This document shows, piece by piece, positions 48,927 to 61,851 of a stretch of 64,000 nt of DNA. Position numbers and translations under genes: made by a program. Each line of letters opens with the position of its first letter. Position 1 is the stretch's first letter. A model generated the notes under the pieces. That model made no database searches. It saw only the letters and a list, made by a program, of their open reading frames with translations, and was not told where the DNA came from. This stretch comes from Podospora anserina. Taxonomy: Eukaryota. The DNA is taken from positions 3,968,001-4,032,000 of the forward strand of contig CM030333.1 in the NCBI GenBank assembly GCA_017654855.1. The letters run 5' to 3'.

Positions 48927-50716
48927 CTAAGCAGCGGCAGAACCCTCCTTCTCCTTGGCCTTCTGGGCCTTCTTCGCCTCTATCTGTCTCTGCTTTTCCA
49001 GCTTCTTCAATTGGTTCTTTGTGAGTTTCCCATCACCGCCCTCGGCACCCTCAGCACCTTCTAGCTTTGGTACCACAATATCGGCCTTGGGTACTTTGGG
49101 GTTGCCCATCCAGGTGAGAGGTCTGATGTCGGTGAATTGCTTGACAGCTGCATCGTCGACCTTGGCTCTCCTCTCCTGGAACGCCGCGACGAAAGTCTGG
49201 AGCTCCTTGATGCAAAGCGCCTTGAGCTCACCCGTGAGGAGCTCGCCCTTAGAGTAGGCGACCCGGATCTTCTCAAGTTCTTCGTCATCCTCGAGGAAGA
49301 AGCGGAGGTACTGGTAGGCAACGTCTACGTCTGTGTCACCTCCCACTGCGCGGTGCTCCTCGACAGACACCTTGCCACCACTGAAGGCGTATTTGTTAAC
49401 CTTGTTCTTGATCTGGTTGGGAGTGTCGGTCATGAAGATGGCGCTGGAATCAATCGAGGCAGACTACATTGTGTGAGCAATAACGAGACGTATTCAGAGG
49501 AAAACACACTCACCATCTTGGTGCCTGGCCCCTGGAGGGCTGGCAAGAACAAAGAATGGATCAAGGACGGCTTCGCAAACCGCACCCCCTGGTAGGTAAG
49601 TCTGGCGGCAACATCACGGGTCGCTGTAACGCTTAGTTAAATATTTACTCTTGATCATGGAACACTGGATATCACAAACCTCTGAAATATGGGTCCTGAT
49701 CAACGGCACATGGACTGGGGAATGCGTTAGATCGATATCACACCGAGTTGAAAGAAGGTCCTCACATCAAGCATGGGATGCCGACGGTCTTCTTTTCGTC
49801 CTCACCGAAAATGTGAGGGAAGCTGTTGGCAAAGGCAGCAGCACCCTGAATACTTCCAAAGTGAATCTTGCCAATGTTGGAGGAGTCGTTGAAGCCGAAA
49901 ATGGCACGCGCTTGGTTGAGCGTGATGTGCTTCGCTAACCGCGTGATTTGGCGATAGAATGCGCCGCCAACGTAGTCGTACTGGTAGTTTGTTAGACCAC
50001 GTAGGCAACAGAGGCCTGGGATATCCGTACATCAGAGAAAATGAATGTCTTGTTTGGGTCAAAGCCCATGCTGATAATGTCCCGAATATTGCTATCGCAG
50101 TACCCTTGAACTTCCTCAATTGTGCGCTTCTCCGAGAACAGGTACTTTTCGTCGTCCGTCAACATGATTACAAGCTAGAAAGATCCTTATCAGTAGCTGG
50201 TTATACAGAAGAAATCCTACAAGACCACCTACAGGAACGTCAAAGGTATCCTGAAGCCCTGTGATCCCGTGTTAGTCAACCTTCCACGCTCGCCAAGCCG
50301 TTCTCCTGAATCTCCATACATTTTGTAAACATAAAGGGCGTGCAGTGTCCAACATGGATGGAGTCGCTCGAGGGCCCACGTCCAGTGTAAAGAAAGAATG
50401 GCTCATTGCGCTCGTATCGGTCGAGAATAAGCTCGAAGTCGCGATGCGAAAAGACGATGCCTCTGCGGAGGAAATGGTGTGGCTTCTTGCCCGTTACGCG
50501 CTCGAACCTGGCGAGGAGCTCCTCGTCAATCTTCTTGGTGCCAAACTCCTCAATCAGCTTGTCGTAGTTGATTGCCTTGATCTGGCCGTCTGCGCCGACC
50601 TCCCCTTGAACGTTCCAGGGGTCAACTGTCTGCTTGGACCCTTGGGCAGCGGCTTCGGCCGGGACTTCGGGGACTTGGGACTCATTGAGAGCCACGGCAT
50701 TGGCGGTTTCGGCCAT
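48927..50716 (-). CDS. WRS1: Cytosolic tryptophanyl-tRNA synthetase, multi-exon
   Basis: [80 protein letters not shown]. Confidence 0.95.
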
Positions 50717-51098
50717 GGTATCGATGTCGAACAGTGTTGAGAAAAGAAAGAAGCCGGTAAACAAGTAAAAAAGTAGGTAAAAAAGGATAGAGGTGAGTCA
50801 AAAAGTCAGAAGAGATCAGAATGCGCCTGCCGGACCGCCGCTGAGTCGTCCTATCATGCCGTGTCCAATTCACCACCCATTATGGTGGGGGAGGGGCACT
50901 TGGAACCAGGGGTGTATGACTCCACCCACCCACTTCCAGAAGGCGGAGAAGAGCGGCAGAAGAGCGTTGCCTGCCGGGAAATTTCGAGGATTGGATGAGA
51001 AGCTGCAGGGCCCGTCTGAGTCCAGTGTCAGCAGCTCTGGTTGGGCAGGCGGATCCTGAGAGATTCTGCGCTGATGCCTGTAACTTAAAACTACGACA

Positions 51099-52444
51099 AT
51101 GTTGGCGGCACCATGGGTGTGTCGAAGCTGCGTGCGATCGCTCAGGCGAATCGGCTTTTCGCAGCAGTTTCTACGGAGGGCTAGCACAGGTAAAGTAACG
51201 TTGATTGCCGTTATGGTTTTCTGCTAACAGCGCGAGTAGACTCCTTCAAGCTTCCCCCAGCTCTCCTCGACCGCGCAAGATTTCTTACCGCCGAACACGA
51301 TCAATTGACGGCACAACTAGCTGATAACTTTGACGAGAAAATTGCAAAGCGTGCAGGCGAAGTTCACAGGATCGCAGAGGCCTTCAAGAAGTTCGAGCAT
51401 GCCAAGGCTTCTCTCCGGGAGCTGGAGGGGCTCTTGAAGTCAGACGATGCTGAAATGCGGGAGATGGCGCAAGAGGACCTCGCGGCTACCAATGAGCAGC
51501 TGGCTGAGTCGAGTCGGAATCTGTCCGTGGCTTTGACTCCCAAGCATCCTTTCGCCGACATGCCGTGTCTCATTGAAGTCGTCCCTGGGCCAGGAGGAAC
51601 CGAAGGTCGCTTCTTTGCCGACTCGGTATTCAAGATGTACCAAGCATATTGCGCCAATAAAGGCTTCCGCACAAAGGTTGTACAGTACTTGGCCGCCGAC
51701 AGTACCGGCGAAAAGGGAGGTGATGGGGAGACAGCCCTTCAGGAAGCTGTACTTGAGGTGATGGAGGAGGGAGCGTATGCCCACTTCCGTGGTGAAGCGG
51801 GCATGCATCGGGTTCAGCGTGTCCCGGCAACGGAGAAGAGTGGAAGGACTCATACGAGTGCTGTAGCCGTCTGGGTGCTGCCGTCTTTCGCTGAGAACGC
51901 CACAGCCTCTGATGGTGACTGGGACAACCCGGAGAGTGACTTCTACATCGACCCGGCCGAGGTGAAATCTGAAAAGATGCGAGCCAGCGGAGCAGGAGGA
52001 CAGCACGTCAACAAAACCGAGTCTGCTATTCGGTTGACGCACATTCCCACGGGCATCACCGTCAGCATGCAGGATTCTCGTTCACAACACACCAATCGAG
52101 CCGATGCCTGGAGGTTACTTCGATCAAGAATTGCACAGAAAAGGCGTGAGGCCAGAGAAGAGGCCGCTAGGGCACTAAGAAGCAGCGTGTTGTCATCAGC
52201 GCAGCTTACACGGGGCGATAAAATCAGAACCTACAACTATGGCCAGGACAGGTGTACCGACCATAGGGCCGGGCTTGACGTCCACAATCTACCAGATGTG
52301 CTCAGGGGTGGTGACACCCTGGGTAAGGTGATTGATGCCGTCCATGGCTGGCTCGCCGAGAAGGATATCCAGGCCTTGCTGGCAGATGAGGAAGCCGCTG
52401 CTGCTGCCGCGAACGCTCCTGGTAAAGGGAAGAAAGGGAAATAA
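51099..52444 (+). CDS. MRF1: Mitochondrial peptide chain release factor 1, 2 exons
   Basis: Arg-rich presequence MLAAPWVCRSCVRSLRR; intron at about 51190-51239; HRVQRVPATEKSGRTHTS (PxT motif), GAGGQHVNKT (GGQ), KIRTYN. Confidence 0.93.
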
Positions 52445-53295
52445 ATAACACATACCCCCACTATTTTAGAGTGTACTTGTAGTTGTATGATATTATTGAC
52501 GATAGAAATGTGTTCAAATATTCTTGACTATAGTTGGAAGTCGGGGGGTGTCAGGATTTCATGAATTGAATGCTGACCAATCAGCGTTGATATATCACCT
52601 CTTACCTTCCTAATACGGACGCGTACTCTTGAGGAGGGAAGGCATGATGGACAAGTCTACCTTCCATAACATTGTTTTGCCAGAGAAGACGTAGACCCAA
52701 GAAATTACATCTACTCTCTACATTGCGGTCCCTGTTGCTTCTCTATAGAGGAGCGGCGTCTCATTTTTGTTGTGTGAGTGTATCCACCACCTCTCAGCAA
52801 CACCTTGCTCAGAGGTGTTGACCTGGAACGGTCAATCCCGTCCAAGAAGATGACAGACAATACACCTCTGAAGAATCAAGCACTTTATGATGGGAGGTCA
52901 TCAGTCATCTTGTTCTTTGTTTTGCAAGCCGTCTTTCGAGCAATAGCTCCTTCCGATCTTCCTGCTTCAGCCTGGGCTGTTGTTCGATGCCTCATATGAC
53001 GGTAGCGATACCTTGTTAATGCTCAACAGAAGTTTCCGCCTACTTCTTTTTGACATGGCGAGTTTTAGGAGAGCTGTGTGCCTGCCAGGGAAGTGCTGGG
53101 AGCAATGGAGACAGTTGGCAATCCCATCTTTCCACCTCCCATGTGTTTCCTGGCCTGGTAGCGTCTATTTAATTTCCCCTGACCCTTCAGATGTACCACC
53201 CCCAGCGTTGTCTCACAATTAGTTTACAATTCGACCCAAGTCTCAAGTCTCTTCTTTTAAAGCTTCGCAAGCTCGGCAACAAAAACGAGTCGAAG

Positions 53296-54949
53296 ATGCG
53301 CCTCATCCCTGTGTTGGGCTTCCTCCTTACGGCAGTCGAAGGGCTCCGCACAGGAAGGGGTAGTCCTCTCCTGCGTCCGGGCATCTCGAAACACATCAAC
53401 AAGGTCGGCAAATCGACTGCTGCTGTGTTTCCTGACCCTCAAGACAAGCCGTTTCCCAAGCACAATTTTCTGAACGCCAACAGCACGAGTGAGTTATCTC
53501 CGAGTTCGAAAGTCGAGCCACGTTGACATTGACTCGGTGTAAATAGAATTTGCCGTCAATGGCACCGCCATTCCCGATGTCGACTTTGACGTTGGCGAGT
53601 CGTACGCTGGCTCCCCAATGAGCAAAGCAACCTCTTCTTTTGGTTCTTCCCCTCGCCAAACAAAGCAGCGAATAAGGAGATTCTGATCTGGCTGAATGGT
53701 GGTGTATGTTGATATCATTTGTCGCTTCATTGTTCAGCTTTTACTAACAACTCCTCCAGCCTGGCTGCTCCTCTTTCGAGGGTCTTCTGCAAGAACACGG
53801 TCCCTTCCTTTGGCCACCAGGGACTATAAAACCCGTGCGGAATCCTTGGAGCTGGCACATCCTAACCAGCATCGTGTATGTTGACCAGCCGGGAGGCACA
53901 GGGTTTTCGACGGGTGTTCCAACCATCACCAATGAGGAAGAGCTCGCTGCTCAGTTTCTAGGATGGTGGAAGAATTTCGTCGACACCTTCGGCATGCAGG
54001 GCTACAAGGTGTACATTTCTGGAGAGTCCTATGCGTAAGTCCTCTTCCAATTTCACGGCCCTTATAGCCAGGGCAACATCTTCTAACACCAAACAGCGGA
54101 ATGTACTGCCCTTACATTGCCAACGCCATGCTCAACACAAACGACACCACCTACCACCAATTATCCGGCATGTACCTGGGGGACGCTGTCATCGGCGACA
54201 ACACCCAACTCTACCAAAGCATCCCCATGCTCCGCTTCGTTGAATACCACAGCTCTCTTTTCCCCTTCAACAACACCTTCCTCGACAAGATCAGGACTAC
54301 TGACGCCGAGTGCGGCTACTCCTCCCTCCTGGACAACCACCTCGTCTACCCTCCTATTTCCCACCTGCCCTCTGCCCTCCCAGAAGTATCGGAAAACGGC
54401 ACCGTTACAGAGGAATGCACCTCTCTCTGGTGGTGGATCCTAGAAGCCGCCCTCCGCCTTAACCCCTGCTTCGACATGTACCACATCACCGCCTCCTGCC
54501 CCCGCGTGTCTGATGTTCTCGGGTTCCTGGCAGGGATCGATTACGTCCTCGAGGGGAAGAAGAGATACTTTGACCGCGGCGACGTAAAAGCCGCCATCCA
54601 CGCACCGAGGAATGTCACTTGGGAGGTGTGCGGTGAGAACCAGATTTTCGCCCAGCGAAGAGGACGGCTCCGGCCCGTCCATCATCTACGCTTTGCCGAG
54701 TGTTATCGACAAGACCCAAAACGTCATCATCGCCCACGGGCAGCTGGACATGGTCCTGCCATCAAACGGCTCCCTTCTCGCGATCCAGAACATGACGTGG
54801 GGAGGGAAACTCGGGAGGGTTGACTGCATGAATTGCACGACACCTTTACGGTTGGGCATCTGTATTACTCTGATCAGGCATCGAATGAGATGGGCGAGGG
54901 GACGGCGCCTCAGAGTTGGAGTGATCACAAGCCGGAGGAGGGCTTGTAG
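53296..54949 (+). pseudogene. Serine carboxypeptidase S10 pseudogene
   Basis: Signal peptide; [21 protein letters not shown] followed by a frameshift near 53610 into [40 protein letters not shown] second frameshift lies near 54650, and the catalytic His segment is missing after NMTWGGKLG. Confidence 0.78.
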
Positions 54950-55812
54950 GTAAAGAGCCCCAGATGGGAAGTCACCTTTCTAATATAGACGCTCAGCTAC
55001 AAACCCATAGAGAAGAAATGCAATGCGTTCCACACCACAACCCCTCTCGAAAAAAAACCATCTTGATTTGATAGCCAACTAACAACTACTACTAGGCAGT
55101 TACATAAGGTAGGGAAATAGGCCGTAAAGACTGTGCCAAAGAGAATCCCGATAGCCTCATGTTTTTCCGTTCTTTTTTGGCCTTCCTTTCCCTTTTTTGT
55201 CCTTCCTTGTGATGCGATACTCCTCCCCCTCGCCCAAAACCGCTGTTCTCACACACATTATCCTACAAAAGAGTGGAACCAGGACCAAGTCCCTCCGTTT
55301 CCACCTCATTCAGCCCAGACACATTTCCATCCCCTCCTCCCAGCAGTAGACCCGCCTTGTTCGGCGTCCACCAGTCCAATGACAAAACCAAAAAAAATCG
55401 AGGATATTCCTATACGCCATGCTTTCCGCCCGCCAACCGATGAAATGATAAAAACCAAAAACCAAAACCAGCGAAAATAGAGTAGGGTGGTGTTACAACA
55501 GTGTTAGAGGCAGGTACTGTCAGCATAGCAGCTGGCTTGCCTTCATCTCCGCGTATGTGTTGGAGATGGATCACTTTCGAGTGTATGATAGATATGCCGC
55601 CCCCAAAGTCGAATCGGCCCTGTAAGAGGTGTCGTTGGAGGAACCAAGAAAATGTAGCCCAGATGGATAGGGAACGGTGAAGAGTATGAGAAATATAAGA
55701 CCGGCCGAACCGCCTCCACCTCACCTAATGAATGTTTATGCGCACATGTCCTGGTAGTCATCACTTTCATAGCCGCTCTTTGATATCGTCAACTTTTCAG
55801 CGATAACGATCT

Positions 55813-56508
55813 TCAAGCAGCAGCCATACTCCGCTCTCTCGCGGCCCGCCTCAGCTCTAGCACACCAATGATCCCTGTCTGCCTCAACCTCTCCAGAATC
55901 ATCTTCATGCCCTCTCTGCTCTTCCCCAATTGATCCTGCGTCTTTGTTGAAGCCAGCGTTTCAATGCTCCTCTGGATACCCCTCGCTCCCAGCCTGGCGA
56001 AGAACCCGCCCTCCTGGGCAGTGGTAGACAGGTTCTGATGCGACAACTTGTCCCGGAGCTTCTCTCCCAACCTGGATCTGAACACAACCTTGGTTTCCAC
56101 CTCGGTGTTGTCCAGAGTTCTCGTCTTGGGAATGCTGTACATTTGTCTTTCGACTACCGACAGCACGCCGACGAAGTTGAGGTTGCGAGACTCGGTGGAC
56201 ATCCAGCCTTCGCGCATGTCCACCACGGAAGTCTCGAGGATGTACGAGGCCTGGGAGGCGGTCCCGCCTGTGAGGGTGGTAGGGAGGAGCTTCATGACGG
56301 CGGGGGGCATGCGGGACTTCTTGAGGTGGATGCGGGTTGTGTGGAGGCGGCCGGTGGCAGGGTCGATGTGGGAGTCGATGGTGTCGGTGCTGAGGACATG
56401 AGAGGCAAAGGGGTTGAGCTGGGGGGAGCAGTAGCGGAGGAAGAAAGCGAGCGAGACGGCGGGGAAGGGATGGGCGTAGGTGTGGTTGGTGGTGTGGGTG
56501 AGGACCAT
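55813..56508 (-). CDS. UPS1: PRELI/MSF1-domain mitochondrial lipid transfer protein (Ups1-like)
   Basis: HTYAHPFPAVSLAFFLRY..NPFASHVLSTDTI, SYILETSVVD, TESRNL, KSREGMKMILERL. Confidence 0.82.
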   Translation of the reverse strand: MVLTHTTNHTYAHPFPAVSLAFFLRYCSPQLNPFASHVLSTDTIDSHIDPATGRLHTTRIHLKKSRMPPAVMKLLPTTLTGGTASQASYILETSVVDMREGWMSTESRNLNFVGVLSVVERQMYSIPKTRTLDNTEVETKVVFRSRLGEKLRDKLSHQNLSTTAQEGGFFARLGARGIQRSIETLASTKTQDQLGKSREGMKMILERLRQTGIIGVLELRRAARERSMAAA

Positions 56509-58316
56509 TTTGGCTGATTTTGGTGATGATTGTTTATTTCACGATGGTTATGGGGTATCTTGAAGCTGGAGTAGTAAGTTTGGAGGAGTGACGGTGGTAG
56601 TTGGTGGTGGGCGGCGGAGAGTCGAGGAGCTAGGATCCTGGAAGTACGTGGGGGAGGCGAAAGACGGGAACGGGTTGATCGGCCGGTATGGTGTCGTCGC
56701 TCGCGCAGTACAGACGAAAGGGTAAAAAGCAGTAGTGCAAAGAGCACGTGTGCAGGAAAGCGGATTTACTTCATGAAGGAAGTGTTAGACACGGCGAGAT
56801 GTGATTGTCGAGACAAGCACACCCTCGAGAATGGGAAAGACGGAGAAGCTTTTTTTCTTGGCTTCTGCGAAAAAGTTCCCGGTCGCTCGGGGGTGCCCCA
56901 AGTTGATGAAGATGAGGAGGCCACAATAAAGCAGGTGGGTGGTGACGCAGGGAAACCGGATGAAGGGAGTTCAATTGCCAGAAAGACGCGGGGAGTTGGC
57001 CAGTTCAAAAAGAAGCGGGTGTCCAGGGAGTACAAGAGAGGGGGACGCAACTGTGACGATGATCATCGGCTCATTCTCCCAGATTCTTGCTCGTCTTTTT
57101 CAGTGGATTTCCAGAAGCCTTTTGAGCACAGCATCATTATGGCACCACTACCATCGGAGACCGCCCTGTGTAACTTTGAAGGTAAAGTGCAACCGGCGTT
57201 TCAGCCACAGGATATGACGTTCGCACCGAATTCACTACAAAAACAGCATTTCGGACATATACTCAAACTCTTTGATAAAAGTCAAAACAGCCCTGACCTC
57301 ACACATGATAATAGTCAATAGAGAGTGCCTCAATCTGCTGTTATTGTGTGAGGTTTCGATTGTTGCTGTCAGCCACATGCATCACTTGCCAGCGGGCTGG
57401 CTCGTAACCCCACTTTTTGCCTGAAAATCCAGGCCGACTTTCTGCTTGCGGAGCCCAGACTTCGGAACATTCCTCTCGCGGCTGACCTATTAATCATCTG
57501 ACCGTTGGCCAACTTTAATTAACCGAACCCCGAGCTCTCGACTTCTTCACCTCCACCAGCCCTTTTGCTCCAACAATCAACGACGACGGGTGCAACACAT
57601 CGCCAAAACCTTTTGCAGATTGACCATCGCAACAGTCGCTTTCCTCGCGAATATCTTCCTCTCGCATCTGGAAGAATTTTGTTGCGTCTTTGATCATCAC
57701 GCGGGATTGGCGCAACGGTGAAACAAGGACCAAGCAGCGGCGACATCGAAAAGGGCGGCGCGTCAGAGGAACGAACGTCCATCTAACCGATCCATCACAG
57801 GAATCCATCGCCATCACATTTCCATCGCGCCATCACCAGTCTGCTTGCAGGAGCATCTCCTTTGCTTGCTAGCGTTGAGTGGGGTCTGTTTTTTTGCTTC
57901 TTTTCGTTTGGCTGACAGAGCGTTGGGGACAAGTGTTGGCAAGTGATCAAGAAGGGGTGCTGTTTTTTAGGAGGGAGGAGTCGCACACGAATCCATCACT
58001 GCTTTTCAGCTCAATTGAATAGAGTGCTATTTTCGCAGCGCTGGGTCTTTGTACTTTTCCTTTTTTTAATCGTCCATTCACGAGGCGCTTTCTGTCTCCC
58101 CCGGAAAGCATATCAGAATTGATTCCCATTCAACCTGTTGAGTTGAGGAAAGAAGAAGAACAAAAAGGCAAAACGTCGTCACCTGGTTTAGGGAATCAAG
58201 AATTCAAGTTCGCTTCGCTTTACCCATTCCTAGTGTGCGAGCAGGTTTAGCAGAGAAGAGAGCGCCGACACGACTCTAATTGACAGCTACATTTTCGACC
58301 ATCAACCAGACCCAAG

Positions 58317-60381
58317 ATGGCGTCTTCAGTATTCTTCAAGTTCAAGTCGCAAAAAGAGCCAACACGAGTGGCCTTTGATGGAACAGGCATTTCTGTTTTC
58401 GAGCTCAAGCGCGAGATCATTCTTCGCGCTGGCCTCGGTGACGGCACAGATTTTGACCTGGCCATCTATGCTGATGAAAATGGAAAAGAAGGTAAGCAGC
58501 TAGGTTCAGCTTCACATTCAAGGTGTGCGAGCTAACAAGATGGCAGTCTATGACGATGACACCTCCATCATTCCCCGGTCCACCACTGTCATCGCCCGGC
58601 GCATGCCCCCGAAGAATCCCGGAAGAGGCGGCGCTGCTCGATATGTCTCTGGAAAGATGCCCATCCACGCGAAGAATTCGTCACGCAGGGAGCAAACAGC
58701 AAAGCCAGCGGCCAAGACCCAGTCCAACACTCTAGCGCAACTAAGCAGCGCCATGACAGAAGAGGAGAAGATGGCTGCCGTCTTCCAGGCCCAAACCGAG
58801 CACTTCACCTCGAGAGAAGAGGAAATGGCTACTCAACAGTATGTCGCCAAGGGTGGCCCCAAAAAGCCCGCCAATGTTCCCGACCACGACCCACCCCAAG
58901 GCTATATCTGCTACCGATGTGGTGAGAAAGGCCACTGGATTCAGCTTTGCCCAACCAACGACAATCCCGATTTCGACAACCGCCCTCGCGTAAAGCGTAC
59001 CACTGGCATTCCCAAGTCTTTCCTCAAGACAGTCGACAAGGCAACTGCGCTTGGTCAGAATGCTGATGGAGATGACTCCAAGACACCATCCGGCATCATG
59101 GTCAATGCTGATGGAGAGTACGTGATTGCAGAGCCTGACAAGGTGTCATGGGAAAGGTTCCAGGCCAAGGCCAAGTCGAACAACGCGGCATCAAAGGCAG
59201 CTATGGAAGGGGAGAAAGAGGTCCAAGAGAGAGGCTTGGAATGCTCCATCGACAAGAAGATGTTCATAGAGCCAATGAAGACTCCGTGTTGTAGTAAGAC
59301 GTATTGCAATGACTGCATCACCAACGCTCTCATTGAGAGCGACTTCGTCTGCCCTGCCTGCAATGCAGAGGGTGTCTTGATTGATGATCTCAAGACAGAT
59401 GAGGAAGCAGTCGAGAAGCTCAAGCAATTGCTTGCCGACAGGGATAGTAAAGCCAAGGAGGGTTCCAAGAGCCCAAAAAGCCCCAGCGAAGCATCAACCA
59501 AATCCACCCAGGCCACCGGTGTCGAACCAACAAACATCAAGAAGTCTGCTTCTCCTTCGCCGGCCCCTGCTAACCCGGCTGCGCCACCACAGCAAACTGC
59601 CCAGCAGCAAACCACGACATCCACCCCCTCGGTCCGAAGCGCCACCTCGACACCTGTCCACAGCGAGCCAAGCCAGCAAACATCCAAGAAGCGGCCCGCT
59701 GAAGATGCCCTCGAGAACCCCAAGATCCCCAAGGCGCCCAAGGCCATGCAGCCAACTCAACAGAAGCCACCAGTAAACCCCATGATGGGCGGCAACAACA
59801 TGATGAACGGCATGAACCCCATGGCCGGCGGCATGATGCCCGGTATGAACATGCCCGGCATAAACCCGATGATGTTCCCCGGCATGAACCCCATGAGCCT
59901 GAACATGATGGGCGGCTTTGGGGGCATGCCCGGCAGCTTTGGTGGACCAGGCGGCATGCCCAACATGAGCATGAATGGGATGAACATGATGAACCCGATG
60001 ATGAACACGATGATGAACCCGATGATGAACGGGTTCCAGGGAATGCCTAACAATAACAACAACAACAATAACAACTTCAACCCACGGCACAACAACTGGG
60101 GTGGGTCGAGTGGTGGTGGGTTTCAAGGGCATCAACAGCAACAACAACAACAACAACAGCAGCAGCAGCAGCATAACCAGCACCCGCCACAGCAGCAGCA
60201 GCAGAGGCCACCGCAGCAGATGATGGGTATGGGTATGGGCATGAACGGCGGCGGCATGATGAAGAACTTTTCCCACCAACCGGCTGATGACGAGGACGCC
60301 TACTTCCGGAAGCCAGTCAACCCGCACCGCCACCAGAACCGCCAGAAAAGGGTCAGGCCGAGTGATTACCGGGAGCTTTGA
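58317..60381 (+). CDS. MPE1: Mpe1/RBBP6 cleavage-polyadenylation factor (DWNN + zinc knuckle + RING/U-box), 2 exons
   Basis: MASSVFFKFKSQKEP..V.FDGTGISVFELKREII (DWNN); intron 58492-58546; YICYRCGEKGHWIQLCP; KRTTGIPKSFL; TPCCSKTYCNDCI...CPAC; M/N/G/Q-rich tail. Confidence 0.94.
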
Positions 60382-61046
60382 GCAGGCTGAGGTTTTTTTT
60401 TTTTTTTGTAACGATAATGATTTTCATCATGGGGGTGGTGAGGCCGGGCGGGGGTGTATATACATCATCACAAACAAGCGAACATAAGGATGTGTGTGAA
60501 ACGTGGGAAGCTATCTGGCTTTTGGAGCGGGGACCGGGTTTTCAAGAGGAGCAAGTTGCATTACTCTTCTCATTGGCGTTTTTTCCTCTTTCTTTTTTCT
60601 CACTCTCTTGATTCTTCTTGTAATCTTCTATATCTGGGGCTGTAGTTTGGGGGGGATGTTTTCGGGATTGGGGTTGGTTGTGACATGAATAATCACCACA
60701 AAACAACACCACATGGAGCAAATGTGGCTTGGTATGGCGGGGTTGTGAATTATCCTTGCTTTTTTTCCTTCTTTTTTCCACAGCAACGTACAGCACACAC
60801 ACACACAACAAAATAAAACAAGCGGGAAACAGGAAAGCGGTGGGATGTCCAAAACGAGCCGGGATAGGGAAGGTTGGAAGGGGGGTTATTCAACAAGGCA
60901 AAGGGACATAGGATGGATGGGTGGATTGGTATGGATGGATGGGATGCTGGAGTAGGGGCAATGGGAAAGCGAAGGGAAATTAGGAAATAACCGGGAAATT
61001 CGGATTGATAAACTGAGTGTTATTTGTGTATATATACCACACACTT

Positions 61047-61047
<1 letters not shown>

Positions 61048-61077
<30 letters not shown>
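61048..61077. repeat. (AC)15 microsatellite
   Basis: Read directly; lies between the convergent MPE1 and GET3 3' ends. Confidence 0.9.
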
Positions 61078-61079
<2 letters not shown>

Positions 61080-61851
61080 TCTCTCTTGCCTTTTGTTTCA
61101 TTCTTCTTGTTACTGGTTGGTGATTGTTTTTTTCAAGTCTTGTGCTGACATTCTGGGAATACAAAATTGAAATTCTTAAAAATCATGTTCCGTGCCTTAT
61201 CCCAGTGAAGCTTCCTCTTATCACATGAAAACTTGAGCTAGATATTCAAACAAAAATCAACAAACATGGAAAAGGACCAAAACTGCATTGGAAAGCAAAC
61301 CACATATTTTCGCTCGCTATATGCTCTAATTCTTCGCTACCCTCAGCATCCCAATACAGCAGATTAGCTAAAAAAGCCGCCCCGTTTCAAAAAGATAAAA
61401 CAGTTCGAATCCTTTCCTTTGGTGGTGGAGGCTTCAATTTATACCGTGGTCATCTTCTCACCTTCCAAGCCCTTGGAAGACCTGATCTGTACAGTCGCCA
61501 CAAATATCGCCGACCTGCGTCAGAAAGACCAGCTGCACCTATCGCTACGACTTCCCGAAAGCTTAAATCTAAAACACCCGCCTCGAACTGTGCAAGCCGG
61601 TCCTCGGCGATTTCCAGCCAGGTTAACCCCCCGCATTGAAATGGGAGTTCTACGTCCACTGCCTGCCCGTACGGCCACTGGCCAGTCCGACTCTTCAATA
61701 TGTGCCGCTGCCAGGGACCACCCCGCGCTGCTGATGTACAATCAGGGTATCCTTTCTCGGTTAGACCCATCAAAGCAGTGATAACTATCTTCCTCTCTCG
61801 TTCTTTAGAATACTAATCAATGTTTGAGCATGCTTGGTATCCGCCTGTATC

